Assembly: GCA_041178425.1 (NCBI GenBank)
Contig: JBEGVH010000006.1
Coordinates: 128,001-192,000 of the forward strand
Length of the DNA stretch: 64,000 bases
Direction of reading: 5' to 3'
From: Pseudomonadota bacterium
Lineage (GTDB): Bacteria > Bdellovibrionota > Bdellovibrionia > Bdellovibrionales > Bdellovibrionaceae
In this document: one piece after another, positions 38,493 through 47,801 of the stretch
Position numbering within the stretch: position 1 is the stretch's first letter
How the letters are laid out: every line of letters begins with the position of its first letter
Program-made: the position numbers and the translations under genes
The notes under the pieces: generated by a model
Told to the model about the DNA's origin: nothing
The model's input: only the letters and a program-made list of their open reading frames with translations
The model's database searches: none

Positions 38493-40480
38493 GCTAAATA
38501 CACATCACTTCCTGAAACTAAAAGATTGTACATAGTGTGAGTTCCGTTGGTCGAGGCTCCATGTCCCGGCGGGAGATGAACGGTCAAAGAGCCAGTTCCT
38601 TCGCCAGAAAAGGCGGTGAAGGAGCAGGTGCCAGTAGTTGTGCCTTTCACGATAAACACATAGGAACCACCGTCTTTTAAATTCCAAAACGAAAAGCTTC
38701 CGCAGCTCGCTGTCGTATGTTGAATATTTCCTTTGGAAAAATCGATGGTTGATGTGGAGTTAATCGTCGAAGCTTTACCTAGGATCGTGGAGCTGACATC
38801 GAGCCCCGAGCGTGGCGCTGTGGTGCCGATTCCCACACTTCCAGCGAAATAGTTAAAGGCATTCGCGTCTGCAGCGTAAAGATCAAAAGGAGTGTTGGTG
38901 CGCGTCCCTGTGGCAAAGCCGCCGATGTAAATTCCATAAGAATTGGTGATTGTACCGAGGTTGCCCCCTTGAACATCAATTCCATACTGGGTAGTTATGG
39001 TGCCACTAGCATTCTTATTGGACGCAGATATCCAGGCCCCTGCTAGGGTCGCTGTAGTTCCCGAACCAAAGGTGCTTGCTTGGCCGATCATTCCCCACAA
39101 GTTGCCATGGTTGACCGTTGAATTCGCTGGTGTGAATATCTCTCCAATAAGAGCCGATCTGTGTCCTGTCTGGTTATTAGTGGGATTATTTGCATAGGCG
39201 ACGTTGAGTCCTGAATAGCTACCAGTGTCCGCGAAGGACGCACCACTAAAATTACCAATTTCGGCAGTGTAGATTCCATTACCAAGCCATCCAGTCTGCG
39301 AAGTATTGATGCTGAGATCAGCAGTAGGGCTTGTTGTGCCGATTCCCACGTTTCCCTCTCCAGTGATCGTCATGAATCGACCTTGGGTGAGGTCAGTATC
39401 GCCACCGCCCCGACCAATCGTTAGTGAATTCTCAGATCGCAAAGCGCCAATTTGCCAATTGGTAAGCCCTTGCAATCCCAGAACGGCAAAGGCGTTACCT
39501 CCGCCCAATTCGGTTCGAGCTTTAATGTACGCATGAGATTCAGTGTTTGATGTGTTCGTGTTTCTCACAACGGACCCAACTCGATCATTATCACCATTGG
39601 CTTCAAAACTGAGTGTGTTACCGGTTTGAGTCCATGGAGAGCTGGGTGGCGACACCCAAGTCGTGCCGCCGCTTCCGTCGCTGGTGAGAACTTGGCCATT
39701 GCCTCCGTAATTGGGAGGTAGAGACATTTGATAGGAAGTGAAGGTGGTTGATGGTGCGATGAGAGTGATTTGCGAATCATTATTGGATGTGCTTGCAAGA
39801 TTGAGGGTGGTGGAGCCCAATCCTTTCATGTATTTGGTTGATTGACCGCTGACCAAATCGAGAAGATCAGTAAAGTTGGTGAGATTCATGGCGTAATTGT
39901 TGAACGAGAGGGGTGGCGCTGCGATAGAAGTATCCACGCGCATCACCTGGTTGCTTGGCACACCCGCAACATTGCTTGTTTCGATGGAGTAGGGGGTATA
40001 GCTAATTTCTAGAGGTGGAAGGGCTTGTAAGCCTGTACCATCATTGAAAGTGACCTTAAGATAAAGCGGATCTCCGATTTGTTTGACGTAGCCGTTTTCA
40101 CATTGAGGCATCGGCGGATAGATCAAGCTGCTATTAAAAATACGAGACAAAGAAAAAGTACTTAGGTCGGAGCGCGATCCTCGCCCCACAAGGAGTGAGA
40201 ATCCTCCATCCCCCGAAGACATATCAATCGTGAAGCGTTCAGAATACATAATGCAAAGTTTTGGTAGATTGAGGGGGCCAACAATTTGCAGGTTAAATTC
40301 AACCTGCGGCGCTTTGAGCGGAATTCCTTCGGGATTGGTGATTCGACCTTGATAGGTAAATGCAACTTGCGCGGCAAGTAAATGGCTAGAAAAAAAGAAA
40401 ATGCAAAAATAAAAAACAAGACCCATTAAGAGAGGTCGCGTTAAATGGTTAATTGCGTCTTTGAAAAATTTCTTTTTCAT
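38474..40480 (-). CDS. Bdellovibrio-type tail-fibre-like trimeric adhesin
   Basis: N-terminal FTYQGRI...CIMYSERF module, GQVLTSDGSG, two VGIGTT.P fibre motifs, C-terminal IDFSKGNIQ...NLKDGGSY module. Confidence 0.75.
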   Translation of the reverse strand: MKKKFFKDAINHLTRPLLMGLVFYFCIFFFSSHLLAAQVAFTYQGRITNPEGIPLKAPQVEFNLQIVGPLNLPKLCIMYSERFTIDMSSGDGGFSLLVGRGSRSDLSTFSLSRIFNSSLIYPPMPQCENGYVKQIGDPLYLKVTFNDGTGLQALPPLEISYTPYSIETSNVAGVPSNQVMRVDTSIAAPPLSFNNYAMNLTNFTDLLDLVSGQSTKYMKGLGSTTLNLASTSNNDSQITLIAPSTTFTSYQMSLPPNYGGNGQVLTSDGSGGTTWVSPPSSPWTQTGNTLSFEANGDNDRVGSVVRNTNTSNTESHAYIKARTELGGGNAFAVLGLQGLTNWQIGALRSENSLTIGRGGGDTDLTQGRFMTITGEGNVGIGTTSPTADLSINTSQTGWLGNGIYTAEIGNFSGASFADTGSYSGLNVAYANNPTNNQTGHRSALIGEIFTPANSTVNHGNLWGMIGQASTFGSGTTATLAGAWISASNKNASGTITTQYGIDVQGGNLGTITNSYGIYIGGFATGTRTNTPFDLYAADANAFNYFAGSVGIGTTAPRSGLDVSSTILGKASTINSTSTIDFSKGNIQHTTASCGSFSFWNLKDGGSYVFIVKGTTTGTCSFTAFSGEGTGSLTVHLPPGHGASTNGTHTMYNLLVSGSDVYLAWTPGY

Positions 40481-40488
40481 CTCTTAAC

Positions 40489-40582
40489 TTATCGGATGTT
40501 TTGTAAGATCGCTCAATGCCAAGCGCCCGATTTGTGCAAATATTCAAGACTCAATTTGAGAATAGTTGTTTCACAATGATAC
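40489..40582 (-). promoter_or_regulatory. sigma28-like -10 element and two palindromic sites upstream of the fibre gene
   Basis: TCCGATAA (40496-40489, minus); GACTCA-ATT-TGAGAA (40548-40562); GTTTCA-CAA-TGATAC (40568-40582). Confidence 0.45.
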
Positions 40583-40674
40583 AAATAATTAAAGCGTATT
40601 TCAAATTTAAGGTTGTCTTTTGCTTTGTGAGCGTTGTGTAATGCAGGCGTGTTTAGTTTGATGAGGGGGAATTT

Positions 40675-41136
40675 ATGCTGAAAAGAAAATGTTGGTTCGC
40701 GACCGCTCTTGTGAATTTGTTTATTATTGGCTTCGCTGGCAACGCGTCGGCTTTCGCCAATGAGTTTCAGGGGCGAGCTCAGTTGAAGTTTGTTAATATC
40801 GATAAAAATAGTGAAACTGCCATGGTGTATGTGACCGTTTTTCAAGAACAAGCCGAATGGGACAACGAACGGGGTGTGACGTTGGGGGCTATTTTAGGTG
40901 CCAAAAGAGAAGTGAGCGTTGAAAATTTGCGTTCCCAAAGTTACGGCTTTTCTGCCTTCATCGACGTGAATGGGAATGGTAAATTGGATACTAACGTTTT
41001 TGGTGCTCCTCGGGAACCTTGGGCTCTTTCTAAGATTGGTTCAAAAATGCCTCTTGGAAAGCCCGCATGGAGCTCTATTGCTGTTGAAATAAAAGAAGAC
41101 AAAACCCTCGAAGTTCCACTGTACTTTCACTATTAA
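40675..41136 (+). CDS. DUF2141-family secreted protein
   Basis: YGFSAFIDVNGNGKLDTNVFGAPREPWALS motif. Confidence 0.78.
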   Translation: MLKRKCWFATALVNLFIIGFAGNASAFANEFQGRAQLKFVNIDKNSETAMVYVTVFQEQAEWDNERGVTLGAILGAKREVSVENLRSQSYGFSAFIDVNGNGKLDTNVFGAPREPWALSKIGSKMPLGKPAWSSIAVEIKEDKTLEVPLYFHY

Positions 41137-41150
41137 GGTTTTGGTGTTAG

Positions 41151-42518
41151 ATGCTTAAATCACCATCTATTGTTGTTGCAGGCGCGAGCGGTTATATCGG
41201 TAAAGAACTGATTCTGCGCCTTTTAGAAAAGTTTCCTGAAGCAAATATAATAGCTCTCTCGCGATCGCAACAACACTCTGATGACCAAAGAGTTCAATGG
41301 AAGGCTTGTGATTTATTTTCACTGCAATCACTGGAACAAGCACTACCTAGTCGCATCGACTACGCTTTTTATTTAGTGCACTCGATGGGGCCAACAGCCC
41401 ATCTCGACCAAGGTTCGTTTGCCGATTATGATTTGATTTTGGCTGATAACTTTTCGAGAAGTCTTAAAAATAAAAATGTAAAACAGCTCATCTATCTTGG
41501 AGGCTTGATTCCTGAATCAAAAAATGTTTCCTTGCACCTACAGAGTCGCCTTGAAGTTGAGGAAACCTTCAAGCAATATGCTCTTCCTTCTACGATTTTC
41601 CGGGCAGGACTCATTCTTGGTGAGGCGGGGTCTTCCTTTCAAATTTTAATCAAATTAGTAAAAAGACTTCCTCTAATGGTCTGTCCTCGTTGGACTCAAA
41701 ATCTTACCACACCCGTTGATCTTAACACCGTTCTGAAGAGTTTAACCATTGCTACCGGTGATCTTGCGAGGGTTGGAAAGACCTATGATTTAGCAGGCTG
41801 CCCTCCATTAACCTACATGGAGATGATGAATTTAACAGCTCAGCATATGGGCCTAAGGCGCTTATTTTTACGGGTGCCTTTTTTTACCCCCACCCTGTCT
41901 CGTTTATGGGTGAGTTTGATTACTAATTCATCTCGAGATTTGGTGTATCCATTGATTGAATCATTAGAGCACCCAATGGTGGCTCGAGACTCTCATGTTT
42001 TTACAGAGGGTGGCCCGGTTCGGAGCTACGGTGAGCTCTTAGAAAATGCCTGCTGTAAAGCAAAGAAAGGCAGCTTTTTCGTTCGTTTTCGAGCAAAGCG
42101 CAAAACAGTTCGCTCCGTACAACGATTACCACTTCCCGCAGGAAAAGATGCGGAGTGGATTAAGCAGCAATACATTGAGTGGCTTCCTCGTTTTTTGTCT
42201 CCACTGATTGTGGTGAAACAAAAAGAAAATCTCATAAAATTTTCGCTCCTCGGTAGCCCAATCAGCTTTTTAGAGCTCTCTTTTAGCGAAGAGAGAAGTT
42301 CGAGCGATCGACAACTCTTGCACGTGCGTAGTGGATTATTAGCCGCTAAAAATAATCGCGGTCGACTGGAGTTTCGTGTGGTTCTAAACAGACGCTTTGT
42401 GATGGCGGCCATTCATGACTTTCAACCCTCTCTGCCTTGGTATATTTACCAGGTCAGCCAAGCTCGACTCCATTTATTAGTTATGAATGCCTTCGCGCGA
42501 CACCTAGCCAAGTTTTGA
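41151..42518 (+). CDS. NAD(P)H-binding atypical SDR (YbjT-like)
   Basis: VVAGASGYIG, AFYLVHSM, IYLGGL, HLQSRLEVE. Confidence 0.85.
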   Translation: MLKSPSIVVAGASGYIGKELILRLLEKFPEANIIALSRSQQHSDDQRVQWKACDLFSLQSLEQALPSRIDYAFYLVHSMGPTAHLDQGSFADYDLILADNFSRSLKNKNVKQLIYLGGLIPESKNVSLHLQSRLEVEETFKQYALPSTIFRAGLILGEAGSSFQILIKLVKRLPLMVCPRWTQNLTTPVDLNTVLKSLTIATGDLARVGKTYDLAGCPPLTYMEMMNLTAQHMGLRRLFLRVPFFTPTLSRLWVSLITNSSRDLVYPLIESLEHPMVARDSHVFTEGGPVRSYGELLENACCKAKKGSFFVRFRAKRKTVRSVQRLPLPAGKDAEWIKQQYIEWLPRFLSPLIVVKQKENLIKFSLLGSPISFLELSFSEERSSSDRQLLHVRSGLLAAKNNRGRLEFRVVLNRRFVMAAIHDFQPSLPWYIYQVSQARLHLLVMNAFARHLAKF

Positions 42519-42559
42519 AAGAAAAGCTTCGATAGCGCATTAAGACAATCGGCTTATTG

Positions 42560-44098
42560 TCAGTAAAATTCAACCATATCAAAATCATTGATATGACCGA
42601 GTTCTTGTTCAGTCAATCTTCTCCCAATGGGTGTGTCGGCACTGATATAACCTAAAAAATCATGGTAGGTGCTATTGTCTTGAAGAGATGCTTCGTTCTG
42701 AATCTCATCACGGGAGTCTAGGATCAGAACCTTTAGGAATTTTTCATCGGGTGTTTTCTCAAGAACCTTTATAGGCGTGCCCGGTCGCATGGGTTTTTCG
42801 TTGGGGAAAAGCTCCGAGTAATAGAGGCTGCCTTCCTCATTGGGGAGGGGCTCTCGGTAGATGTTGGTTGCTTGCAATGTTACATCTATGGTTTGTAGAG
42901 TTGTTGCCGCAGTTTCGAAGTAGCTCACGAGTTCTCTTGCTCGAGATGCTCCTTTGCTATCAATCAATAGGTTCTGTTCGCGGTCGGCAATTAACTTTGT
43001 TATTTTTGGAATATTCTCGATAATTTGGGTGAGGGCCTTATCAACTTCCTCGGCACTAAAGCGTTGTCTCATTACAATTAAGTGTTTAATCATGCCGATT
43101 TCAAGACCATTCATTTCCCTCCCAAAAAAACGGCTGGGCTTCTTTTCTGGGTACCTACTCAGCGATACTAACTCCGACTTATCGAGATCATAAACAAGAG
43201 GTACACCTTTGGTCGCATTTCGACCCAGGAGAATACTGGTGTTAAATAACGGTCGATACTTTTCAGTTTGATTTTTGGGTTCTGACCTGACTCTTATGTT
43301 GATGTCGTCATTCATAATCAAGGTATCGAATGCGAATAAAAGAGCCGTTTTTTCTAAATCAAGTTCTACTTTACCCTCGAGAAATTCGCTCGAAACGTCT
43401 TTAACTCTTAAACGTTCAAAGAGGGGTTTGTCATTTTCAATCAGTAGGGCTTGTTTTTCTTTTAGAGATTTGATGTTACCATTAGCAAATTGTTGTTGGT
43501 AATTAATCTCTGCCCTCTGAATGTGTGGAGTGGGTAATCCTAATATTTCTGCTATTTCGTAGCCGAGAGCTTCACGAAAAGGGGCTTCTGGAGTGTTGTA
43601 AAATCCCGAAGTATTGATCCGTAAACCTTTGATACCGGAAAATAGGGTGGATTCGGTCTCTTGTTTTTTACTGAGCTTCAATTTGAGCTTCGGAAATTTA
43701 GCTGCATCGGCCGACGACATACCACGGATTTTAACTTTTCCTGTCAATGCATCGATTGAGTTCTTTTTAAGCCCCACATTGTCAAGCTCGACAGCCACTC
43801 CGAATTGATCGTAGGGCCTCTTTTCACCGGTCCAATTACCACCCCCGGAGAGGCGCTTAGCTTTCGCAAAATCTCCCGTCATCGTAAATTGAATGGCTCC
43901 TGCGTGGTCTAGATTGGATGAAAAAATGACTGAACGATCAATCTTAATCGTATTTTGTTTAGTAGGGTGTTTGAGGGCTTCCTGACAGAGATGGCTGGGG
44001 CTTGCCAAGACCCACTGACTAAAAACGAGGGCGCTTCCAAATAGGATCAAAGACGTGAAATTTGGTCGAGATTCTGATTTGGCCGAGCTGAATTTCAT
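42560..44098 (-). CDS. Exported CotH-kinase-like protein
   Basis: KIRGMSS...KLKLKL...FREALGYEI...LIEN...IMNDD...N...PLVYDLD follows the CotH-family motif order; signal-like N-terminus. Confidence 0.55.
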   Translation of the reverse strand: MKFSSAKSESRPNFTSLILFGSALVFSQWVLASPSHLCQEALKHPTKQNTIKIDRSVIFSSNLDHAGAIQFTMTGDFAKAKRLSGGGNWTGEKRPYDQFGVAVELDNVGLKKNSIDALTGKVKIRGMSSADAAKFPKLKLKLSKKQETESTLFSGIKGLRINTSGFYNTPEAPFREALGYEIAEILGLPTPHIQRAEINYQQQFANGNIKSLKEKQALLIENDKPLFERLRVKDVSSEFLEGKVELDLEKTALLFAFDTLIMNDDINIRVRSEPKNQTEKYRPLFNTSILLGRNATKGVPLVYDLDKSELVSLSRYPEKKPSRFFGREMNGLEIGMIKHLIVMRQRFSAEEVDKALTQIIENIPKITKLIADREQNLLIDSKGASRARELVSYFETAATTLQTIDVTLQATNIYREPLPNEEGSLYYSELFPNEKPMRPGTPIKVLEKTPDEKFLKVLILDSRDEIQNEASLQDNSTYHDFLGYISADTPIGRRLTEQELGHINDFDMVEFY

Positions 44099-44184
44099 TG
44101 CTGCTCCCTTTTTAGTTTTCGCGAAAGAGACCCAAATATTCAAAAAATAGACCAACTTTTTAGCAAATATAACGGTTGCGGGCT

Positions 44185-44293
44185 GTCTCACAATTAGACA
44201 GTAGTCACAAGGTGTGGCATCTCCTTATCGATCGATTTTAAATGCCTTCAAAATTTCTAAAATACTTTAGACCTTCCTTTGAAGTTCCGAAAA
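44185..44293. promoter_or_regulatory. Palindromic site and sigma28-like promoter in a divergent intergenic region
   Basis: GTCTCA-CAA-TTAGAC (44185-44199); TTAG-15 nt-TCCGAAAA (44267-44293), 7 nt before ATG 44301. Confidence 0.45.
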
Positions 44294-44300
44294 ATGATCT

Positions 44301-45431
44301 ATGTTTTTGAAATGTTTTTTTATGATTAGCCTTTTTTTCTATTTGCAGGTTTTTGCTGAAGAACAGTTTCTGGAATGCACCGAGAAGGTTATCCTAAAGA
44401 GCTGCAGTAGCAAAAGCGGTAATGTGCGATCCTTGAGTGAAGCCTCCTTGGCGATAAAAACAAATGCGTGTCAGGAGCAGCTAACCAACCTCGACTGCGA
44501 TGGTTTTTTCAAGGAGTACCCAGAGTTTGCTCAAGATCGAATGCAATGCTCAGTGGGTGAGGTCTGTGAACAGGGCAAGGTGACAGCTTTTTTTGAAGGA
44601 TGCCGCGACTACGGAATAGAAATCAAAGACTCTTTTCTTGCCGAACTCAAAGAAAATCTCCGTTGCCTACGAGATCAAACCTGTTTTGCAAACAAGCAGC
44701 GACAGCAAATTCTAGTGCCGACCTTTTTATTTTTTCATTCCCTTGTTAACTGGAAGGGTCAGTTAAGTCAGACAAAAAAGGCGATTCTCAAAGACTACGA
44801 GAATTATCGTCATCTCAACTGCCTTAATAAAAAATTTAGGAACCAGTTTCTTTGTCATTTGCAAGTAAAATACGGTGCGGCCGTCCTCTCAACAAGTCCA
44901 ACGGGGATGGGAGCAAAGGAGCTCATCAAGGTCAGAAATCTCGAAGCGAAACTAGCTCGCTTTAAGGCAGCCTCAAAAACAAATAGCTTTGAAAATCTCC
45001 AGCAGGCCTTCGAAAAGTCAGATGACGTCTTTCTTATGAAAGGCGGTAGACCAAGGTCAATGATAGATGGGCTTGAGAAAAACAAAAGCTATACCGTGAT
45101 TTTTTACGAAGATCGTTTGGTTCTTGGTGACGATTATTTTGGCCCCGATGGAAATCGAAAAGCGTCGCACGTGAAATTGCTCACAGACACCACGCTCTTC
45201 ATAAATAAAGGAAGACCCGCTAAGGGCTATGATAACTTAGGCTACAAAGATCGCGGTGGAACCGTTAAGATTTACGATGATGGGAGCATCGATGTTTCTG
45301 GGTACCACCTCGGTAACGATAGCGCCTTAGCAGCCGATAAAATCGCTGAACACATCTCTAAGATATTTCCAGACAGTGTAATTCGTAAAACTCCTGGGCG
45401 GCTTGACACCTTGCCACCGAAGGGCAAATAA
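44301..45431 (+). CDS. Secreted hypothetical protein with Cys-rich N-half and distinct C-terminal domain
   Basis: Signal peptide; ~11 Cys in the N-half; basic linker; Cys-free C-domain. Confidence 0.7.
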   Translation: MFLKCFFMISLFFYLQVFAEEQFLECTEKVILKSCSSKSGNVRSLSEASLAIKTNACQEQLTNLDCDGFFKEYPEFAQDRMQCSVGEVCEQGKVTAFFEGCRDYGIEIKDSFLAELKENLRCLRDQTCFANKQRQQILVPTFLFFHSLVNWKGQLSQTKKAILKDYENYRHLNCLNKKFRNQFLCHLQVKYGAAVLSTSPTGMGAKELIKVRNLEAKLARFKAASKTNSFENLQQAFEKSDDVFLMKGGRPRSMIDGLEKNKSYTVIFYEDRLVLGDDYFGPDGNRKASHVKLLTDTTLFINKGRPAKGYDNLGYKDRGGTVKIYDDGSIDVSGYHLGNDSALAADKIAEHISKIFPDSVIRKTPGRLDTLPPKGK

Positions 45432-45484
45432 GTTTCTTGCCGAATAAAATAAAAAATGTTTACCTTTTTTGGTATGGAGGCCAA

Positions 45485-47686
45485 ATGAAACATTTTTTTT
45501 CTCAGTCTCGCTTCAAGCAAAAACTCATTGGCTACTTGGTGATGTGGGCTCTTTTGCTTTCGGGAGATTGTGGGTATTCGCAATCCAATCCCCAGGTCTT
45601 CGGTAATACCCATCAAGAAAAAGATCGCGATGAACAAATAAATAAGCACTATTTTTTATCGAATGATTATGACGAAATGGCTGCCCCCAATGTCAGCTTT
45701 CAAAATCCGGGAACCATGGTTCAAGCGCATAATCGCGGTACCTTTTATGCTTCACATTCATCGATTTTTAAAGACGATGAGGGACGCTACCATACCTTTT
45801 ACTGCACTTCAGTAAAGCCCTTTGTGCAGAATGAAAGTCCGGGTTGGGATACCAATGAAGCAACAACCTTTTATGCCGCCGATGCTGTTCGTTATGAAAG
45901 TTTCGATGCCAATTCGATGAAGTCCTTGACCGGTGCCATCACGTTTTTGGTGGGTTCGTTCGAGATCAAACCGCAATTTGGCGTAAATACCATCAAAATG
46001 GTTCAATCACCATGCACCAGCAGTACCGTTAAGTTTAATAATTATTATTACACATTCTTTGAATCTTTTACGGAGGGGAGTCACTACGCGCAAATGGTTA
46101 GTATCCACGTGGCCCGCAGTGCCACGCCTGGCGAGAATCCTGAAGTTTTAACTGTTCAGGGATGGCAGCCCCTTCGCACGACCAAAGTGGCATGGAAGCC
46201 CGTCATAACATCCTCTGTATTTAATGATTATCCAAAACACAGAGACTTGATTAACACTGGAGCTCAAGCCGCTCGAGATAATTGGGGAGTTAATAGCTAC
46301 GGCAATTTTTTATGGGGAATGGGCGTTCCATCGGCGGTTGTTCGAGAGGGGCGAATCTATCTGGTAGGGTGGGATAATGTTTATTTTCCGGAGGCGTGTC
46401 GATTAGTAAAAACCAATGGTCGATGGGAGACGGCTGCAAATTCCAGATGTGGCCGCAATCGCATAGTTTCCTCACTCGATGGCGAGAATTTCCAGACAGT
46501 AGCAACACCCGATTTTACACCTGGGGGTGATCTTAAACTTGTTAATGATCCTCAGTCAGATCAGCACGGAAATTTTGCCTTTTTTTGGAATTACGCAGAT
46601 GCCAACCTAAAAAGTCAGCGAAAAATAGGTTTGAGCGTTTCTTTTGCCACACCGGATTTTAAGGGGTGGAGTCCAGCTTATCAATTAGGGCATTTTCCTT
46701 CGCGTGTTTCAGATGCGGCCTATAATGATTTAGGTGGGGTATTTTCTCCTCGGGTTGCCGGGAATGCTTACGGTGAAATTGCGCCGACCACTGCGCCAAT
46801 TTTGCTTCAATTGGCTATGCCTCGCACGGCGGCTTACTCCAAACCTCAATCGATAGCAGAAAATCGCGAAATTTACTCCTGGCTCATTCAGCTTAATTCT
46901 AAACTTAGTCCCGAAGCCCGGCCTGTTCAAGTGGGTGACCCTGGTCAGGTGGCCGATGCTCCCGTCGTGCCTTCGATTGTTTCAGGAATGATTTTAAAAG
47001 ATAATGCTGGTAAACACAGTCTCAACCTTTGCGGTACTTCTTTTACAAACCAAGCCGCTGTGAGATTAAAGTGGAGTCATCTCAGTTCCGACATTTGGTA
47101 CTCACCAACATCTAACACAAATCGAGCCATTCATTACATTGGAACCATACCCACATCGAACAATCATCCTCCTTTTTGTATTTTTCTGAGTTTGAAAGAG
47201 ACAGAGGTAAACTATTTGCGCAATGGCAATACGGTTTCCGCTCAAGTTCATCAGGTCAGTAACAACACCACCTCGGCGGCCCGCCTCTATAAGGCGTCTG
47301 ACTTGCCTGAGAGCCAGCCTTTGCCACCACCGCCTCCGGCTGAAAAGCCCTTCAAAATTATCGGTCCCAAAGCCGGAGCGAAAAACGTTTCGCTTAATCC
47401 AACGTTGAGCTGGACCTCTGAGAACCCACACTTCGTGCATTTTATGGTTGATGTTTCAGACAAACAAAACTTTTCCAGGTTTTGGAATCACGAAGGGGAC
47501 CCTGCAACTCAATCGATTCAATATTTTGGAAAAGATAATGGTTGGGGTAAAGAAGGCAAAAGTCCCATTGAAGCACCTTCTCCATTAAAACCAAATACCT
47601 TTTATTGGATCCGAGTGTCAGCCTTTGATGAAAATTGGAAAATCTTAAAAACAACAGAGAAGATTAAGTTCAGAACCCAAAAGTAA
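45485..47686 (+). CDS. Secreted multi-domain protein (glycoside-hydrolase-like beta-propeller, Pro linker, Fn3-like C-domain)
   Basis: GGAGG RBS; blade-like motifs (HSSIFKDDEGRYHTFYC, STVKFNNYYYTFFE, PSAVVREGRIYL); PPPPP linker; LKPNTFYWIRVSA. Confidence 0.55.
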   Translation: MKHFFSQSRFKQKLIGYLVMWALLLSGDCGYSQSNPQVFGNTHQEKDRDEQINKHYFLSNDYDEMAAPNVSFQNPGTMVQAHNRGTFYASHSSIFKDDEGRYHTFYCTSVKPFVQNESPGWDTNEATTFYAADAVRYESFDANSMKSLTGAITFLVGSFEIKPQFGVNTIKMVQSPCTSSTVKFNNYYYTFFESFTEGSHYAQMVSIHVARSATPGENPEVLTVQGWQPLRTTKVAWKPVITSSVFNDYPKHRDLINTGAQAARDNWGVNSYGNFLWGMGVPSAVVREGRIYLVGWDNVYFPEACRLVKTNGRWETAANSRCGRNRIVSSLDGENFQTVATPDFTPGGDLKLVNDPQSDQHGNFAFFWNYADANLKSQRKIGLSVSFATPDFKGWSPAYQLGHFPSRVSDAAYNDLGGVFSPRVAGNAYGEIAPTTAPILLQLAMPRTAAYSKPQSIAENREIYSWLIQLNSKLSPEARPVQVGDPGQVADAPVVPSIVSGMILKDNAGKHSLNLCGTSFTNQAAVRLKWSHLSSDIWYSPTSNTNRAIHYIGTIPTSNNHPPFCIFLSLKETEVNYLRNGNTVSAQVHQVSNNTTSAARLYKASDLPESQPLPPPPPAEKPFKIIGPKAGAKNVSLNPTLSWTSENPHFVHFMVDVSDKQNFSRFWNHEGDPATQSIQYFGKDNGWGKEGKSPIEAPSPLKPNTFYWIRVSAFDENWKILKTTEKIKFRTQK

Positions 47687-47801
47687 ATGGACTCGGCAAA
47701 AGCATCGATGGCGGTGCCAAAAAATGGTCCTCACTATGGCGAAGTTATACTGTTTTCGAATTCCCGCGACCTTCGTGATTAGTTCGAGTTAGATTCACCC
47801 G

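Noticed and set aside
42842..42849. KOPS GGGGAGGG pointing toward dif
   Set aside because: Orientation is consistent, but one instance found by eye is not evidence of polarity.
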